A stretch of 64,000 nucleotides of DNA from an uncultured virus (IMG/VR IMGVR_UViG_3300032286_001748). Its lineage: Duplodnaviria > Heunggongvirae > Uroviricota > Caudoviricetes. Both the position numbers and the translations under genes were made by a program. This document shows positions 61,697-64,000 of this stretch, piece after piece; the stretch's first letter is position 1, and the number at the start of each line of letters is the position of its first letter. The notes under the pieces are model-generated. The model did no database searches. It saw only the letters and a list, made by a program, of their open reading frames with translations, and was not told the DNA's origin. The stretch is taken from the IMG/VR virus record IMGVR_UViG_3300032286_001748; one strand, given 5' to 3'.

Positions 61697-62665
61697 ATGC
61701 CCCTTCCCGCGCTCAACTGGCGGTTCGTGGGCGAGGTCGCCTTCACGCCGGGCTCGATCAACGCCGGGCTCGACGGGCTGTTCACCCTTGGTACGGCAAC
61801 GACCTACGCCGACGGGACCGCGCGCACGCCGGGGACCGGCAGCGCGTGGACGTGGCTCCGTGAGGTCAGTGGCGTCACGGTGGCCGCCTATGGAAACCCG
61901 CCGACGAATGCCCTGAACTTTCGCTACATCATCGGCGGAACCGTCGGCGCCGTCGCCTACCCGTTCCTGACGCCCGACATCGCAACGCAAGTCAACACCC
62001 TGGTCTACGGCATGAACCGCAGCAGCGGGGCGTTTACGACGTGGAGCGCGGCGCAGCCGTTCACGTCTGGTTTCAGCAACTACTGGCGTGCGACCCGCTC
62101 CTTTGCCACGGTCGCCTACGACAGCGTGGCCTTGTGGGAGTCGCAAGAGGGCTGCGTGATTCAGTACGGGGTGATCGCAACCGGGGCCGCCAGCAGCGTT
62201 CAGTTCGGCGCCCTGTTCGATCCACTCTCGTCGGCGGCGGCCAACAGCGAGTCGGATGGACGCCTCTACGCGATGTGCGGTTCCGGCTCTCTGACCACGA
62301 CCGCGAGCAACTGGCTGACCTCGGGCAACGCGATGTTCGGGGAGGGGAGCGTCACGGCGAGCGACTACCACGCAGGCATCTTCGCGCCAGGAACCGCCGT
62401 GATGTTCGGAGGCGCAGGCGTCCAGACCAAGCGTTTCGGCAGCTTCAGCGTCACCTTGGACTACGCTTCCGCGAACGGGGACGTGCCGCGCGTCCCTCTC
62501 TGTGTCACCTCGACGGCGGGCGCGTTCTTGGGGCAGGGGAGGGCGATCTACATCGCCCGCGACACGATGTCGTACACCACCGTGCGAAACGGGGCCACGC
62601 CGGTCGGCTACATCGTCAGCGGGAGCCTCATCGCCCCCCAAGACGCCGTTCTCCTCGGAGCCTGA
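61697..62665 (+). CDS. Beta-rich structural protein, tandem paralogue 2
   Basis: Shares PGTGSAWTWLREVSGVTVAAYG, PPTNALNFRYI, WESQEGC and FGALFDPL. Confidence 0.8.
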   Translation: MPLPALNWRFVGEVAFTPGSINAGLDGLFTLGTATTYADGTARTPGTGSAWTWLREVSGVTVAAYGNPPTNALNFRYIIGGTVGAVAYPFLTPDIATQVNTLVYGMNRSSGAFTTWSAAQPFTSGFSNYWRATRSFATVAYDSVALWESQEGCVIQYGVIATGAASSVQFGALFDPLSSAAANSESDGRLYAMCGSGSLTTTASNWLTSGNAMFGEGSVTASDYHAGIFAPGTAVMFGGAGVQTKRFGSFSVTLDYASANGDVPRVPLCVTSTAGAFLGQGRAIYIARDTMSYTTVRNGATPVGYIVSGSLIAPQDAVLLGA

Positions 62666-62666
62666 C

Positions 62667-62882
62667 GTGACCTACAGCTACCTCAACGCCGTCCTCGACG
62701 CGAACCCCCGCGCGGTGAAGCTCGTCCTCACCCAGGAGGTCTACGCCGTCGCCGTCGGAGACGTGCCGGCGGGCGAGGCGTCGATCCCCGGTCGCGTTGC
62801 CCTCTTCGAGGAGCCGCTGGGTCTACTGGTCAACCGCGGTTACGACGTCGCGAACGGGCTCGTCATCCAGTTCATGTGTTAG
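62667..62882 (+). CDS. Small hypothetical protein
   Basis: GTG after GGAG; MTYSYLNAVLDANP. Confidence 0.6.
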   Translation: MTYSYLNAVLDANPRAVKLVLTQEVYAVAVGDVPAGEASIPGRVALFEEPLGLLVNRGYDVANGLVIQFMC

Positions 62883-62928
62883 CGCAAGGGCCCCTGGATC
62901 GTGATACCGTCCTCGACCCGAGGTCAGG

Positions 62929-63213
62929 ATGGCACTCAACAGCTACCGCCAGTTCACGACGACGCGCACTCCTGTGAACGCAGGCGCATGGAACGCCGTC
63001 CTCCTTCCGGCCGGCGCGCTGGACGGGACCATCACCCTCGAGGACGCGACCGCGACCTTCCGCGTCACGGCCGACAACACGATCGGCCTGGCCCAGGGCG
63101 TGCCCGTGTCGGCGGCCGGGAGCTACATCTTCCCGGGGGTCGCCGCAACGGCCATCACCGTCTACGTCAACCCGAGCGCGGGGACCGTTGCGGTGGTTCA
63201 GTCGCAGCTCTGA
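62929..63213 (+). CDS. Small all-beta protein
   Basis: 94 aa with alternating hydrophobic strands. Confidence 0.7.
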   Translation: MALNSYRQFTTTRTPVNAGAWNAVLLPAGALDGTITLEDATATFRVTADNTIGLAQGVPVSAAGSYIFPGVAATAITVYVNPSAGTVAVVQSQL

Positions 63214-63949
63214 CCGTCGTTCGGATCTCCTCGTCCCGCGCCCTGGCCCGATCCCGCAGGGCCCAGATGGTGCGGTCCAGTGGATCTGCGTTCACCCGCG
63301 CGCGTTCCGTTTCCCGTGCGGAGAGACAGGCGCTGCAGATGCGCGTGTAGCCGGTGAGCGAGCGGACATGCTTCCGGAAGGCGGGGAGGGGAAGCGAGGC
63401 CTGGCAGGCCTCGCACATCTGCTCATCACCGCTGGAGGCCCGGAGCGCATTGAGATCTGCCACACGCGCCTCCCGACCTGCGTTCCGCAGCTCCGCACGC
63501 GCCGCAGCCTCGCAGGCCTTGCAGCGGGGCGCGTGCCCGTTGCGACGACGAGTGTCCACCCGAAAGGCCTCGACCGGATGCGTCTCGCTACAACGAGTGC
63601 AGGTGAGCAACGAGGCCGGGAGGATGGGGCCCGCCTCGACGGCGACGAGGCGCTCCTCGGAGCGGCAGTAGACACAGCGCGCGCGATGGCCCTCGGGCAT
63701 CTGGGCATCCGCGTGGAAGTCGATCCACGGGCGAAATGTGGCGCACCCCGTACACGTCCTGCCAGCGACCCCGTCGACCTCGAGGAGGACGCCCTCCTCG
63801 TCGTTTCCCGAGGCCTGACGGCGCGCGCGGGCGTCGGCGGAGCGGCAGACCCTGCAGCGAGCCTGGCGACCCCGCGGGACGCGGGCGTCGGGGGAGAAGG
63901 CCTCGACCGGGAGGAGCTGGTCACAACCGGCGCAGGAGAGCGTGGTCAC
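63167..63949 (-). CDS. Protein with four CxxC...CxxC zinc-finger repeats
   Basis: C..C....P...F..(D/H)....G....C..C repeated four times, like HNH-associated fingers, but no nuclease motif was seen. Confidence 0.8.
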   Translation of the reverse strand: MTTLSCAGCDQLLPVEAFSPDARVPRGRQARCRVCRSADARARRQASGNDEEGVLLEVDGVAGRTCTGCATFRPWIDFHADAQMPEGHRARCVYCRSEERLVAVEAGPILPASLLTCTRCSETHPVEAFRVDTRRRNGHAPRCKACEAAARAELRNAGREARVADLNALRASSGDEQMCEACQASLPLPAFRKHVRSLTGYTRICSACLSARETERARVNADPLDRTIWALRDRARARDEEIRTTVRAATEPPQRSPRSG

Positions 63950-64000
63950 GCGACCCTCGACAGGCGAGCTGCGAGCTGCTGGCCGCGCCGCGGGAGGTCC

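Noticed and set aside
60716..62665. Diversity-generating retroelement target/template pair
   Set aside because: Both copies are full ORFs, the differences do not look adenine-specific, and no reverse transcriptase is present in the window.

Overview
A gene-dense, high-GC segment of a large bacterial virus or provirus. It contains no cellular housekeeping operons, many ATGA/GTGA-coupled genes, GGAG Shine-Dalgarno sites, and peptidoglycan-binding and lysozyme-like domains that point to a bacterial host. No terminase, portal, HK97 capsid, tail tube or sheath, integrase or DNA polymerase is recognisable in this window. The 42.5-56.6 kb block holds four paralogues of one beta-rich protein (a fifth, divergent copy lies at 24.8 kb), a transglutaminase-like Cys protease, and many membrane-anchored, very acidic or very basic proteins. 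I infer a tailless, possibly membrane-containing virion, but this is not demonstrated. The main unexplained structure is two N-terminal peptide tags fused to unrelated cargo. Tag A (hydrophobic helix, basic residues, then GS[RA]) is on about 18 proteins, including SOD, Dps, a kinase, a ParB-like protein, a GHKL ATPase, an HMG-like protein and a GP88-like protein. Tag B (M[NT]L[AS][DQ]FLxxY, often with KAQ linkers) is on about 10 proteins, mostly DNA-modifying enzymes and the DNA ligase. DNA-level repeats suggest the tags are being duplicated and swapped. Other highlights are three tandem tRNA-like genes with aberrant anticodon loops next to a Pth2-like hydrolase, a multi-enzyme DNA-modification set, a nested alternative-frame MTase subunit, and a GIY-YIG endonuclease beside a recoded tract. 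All family assignments come from recognising motifs by eye; no searches were run.
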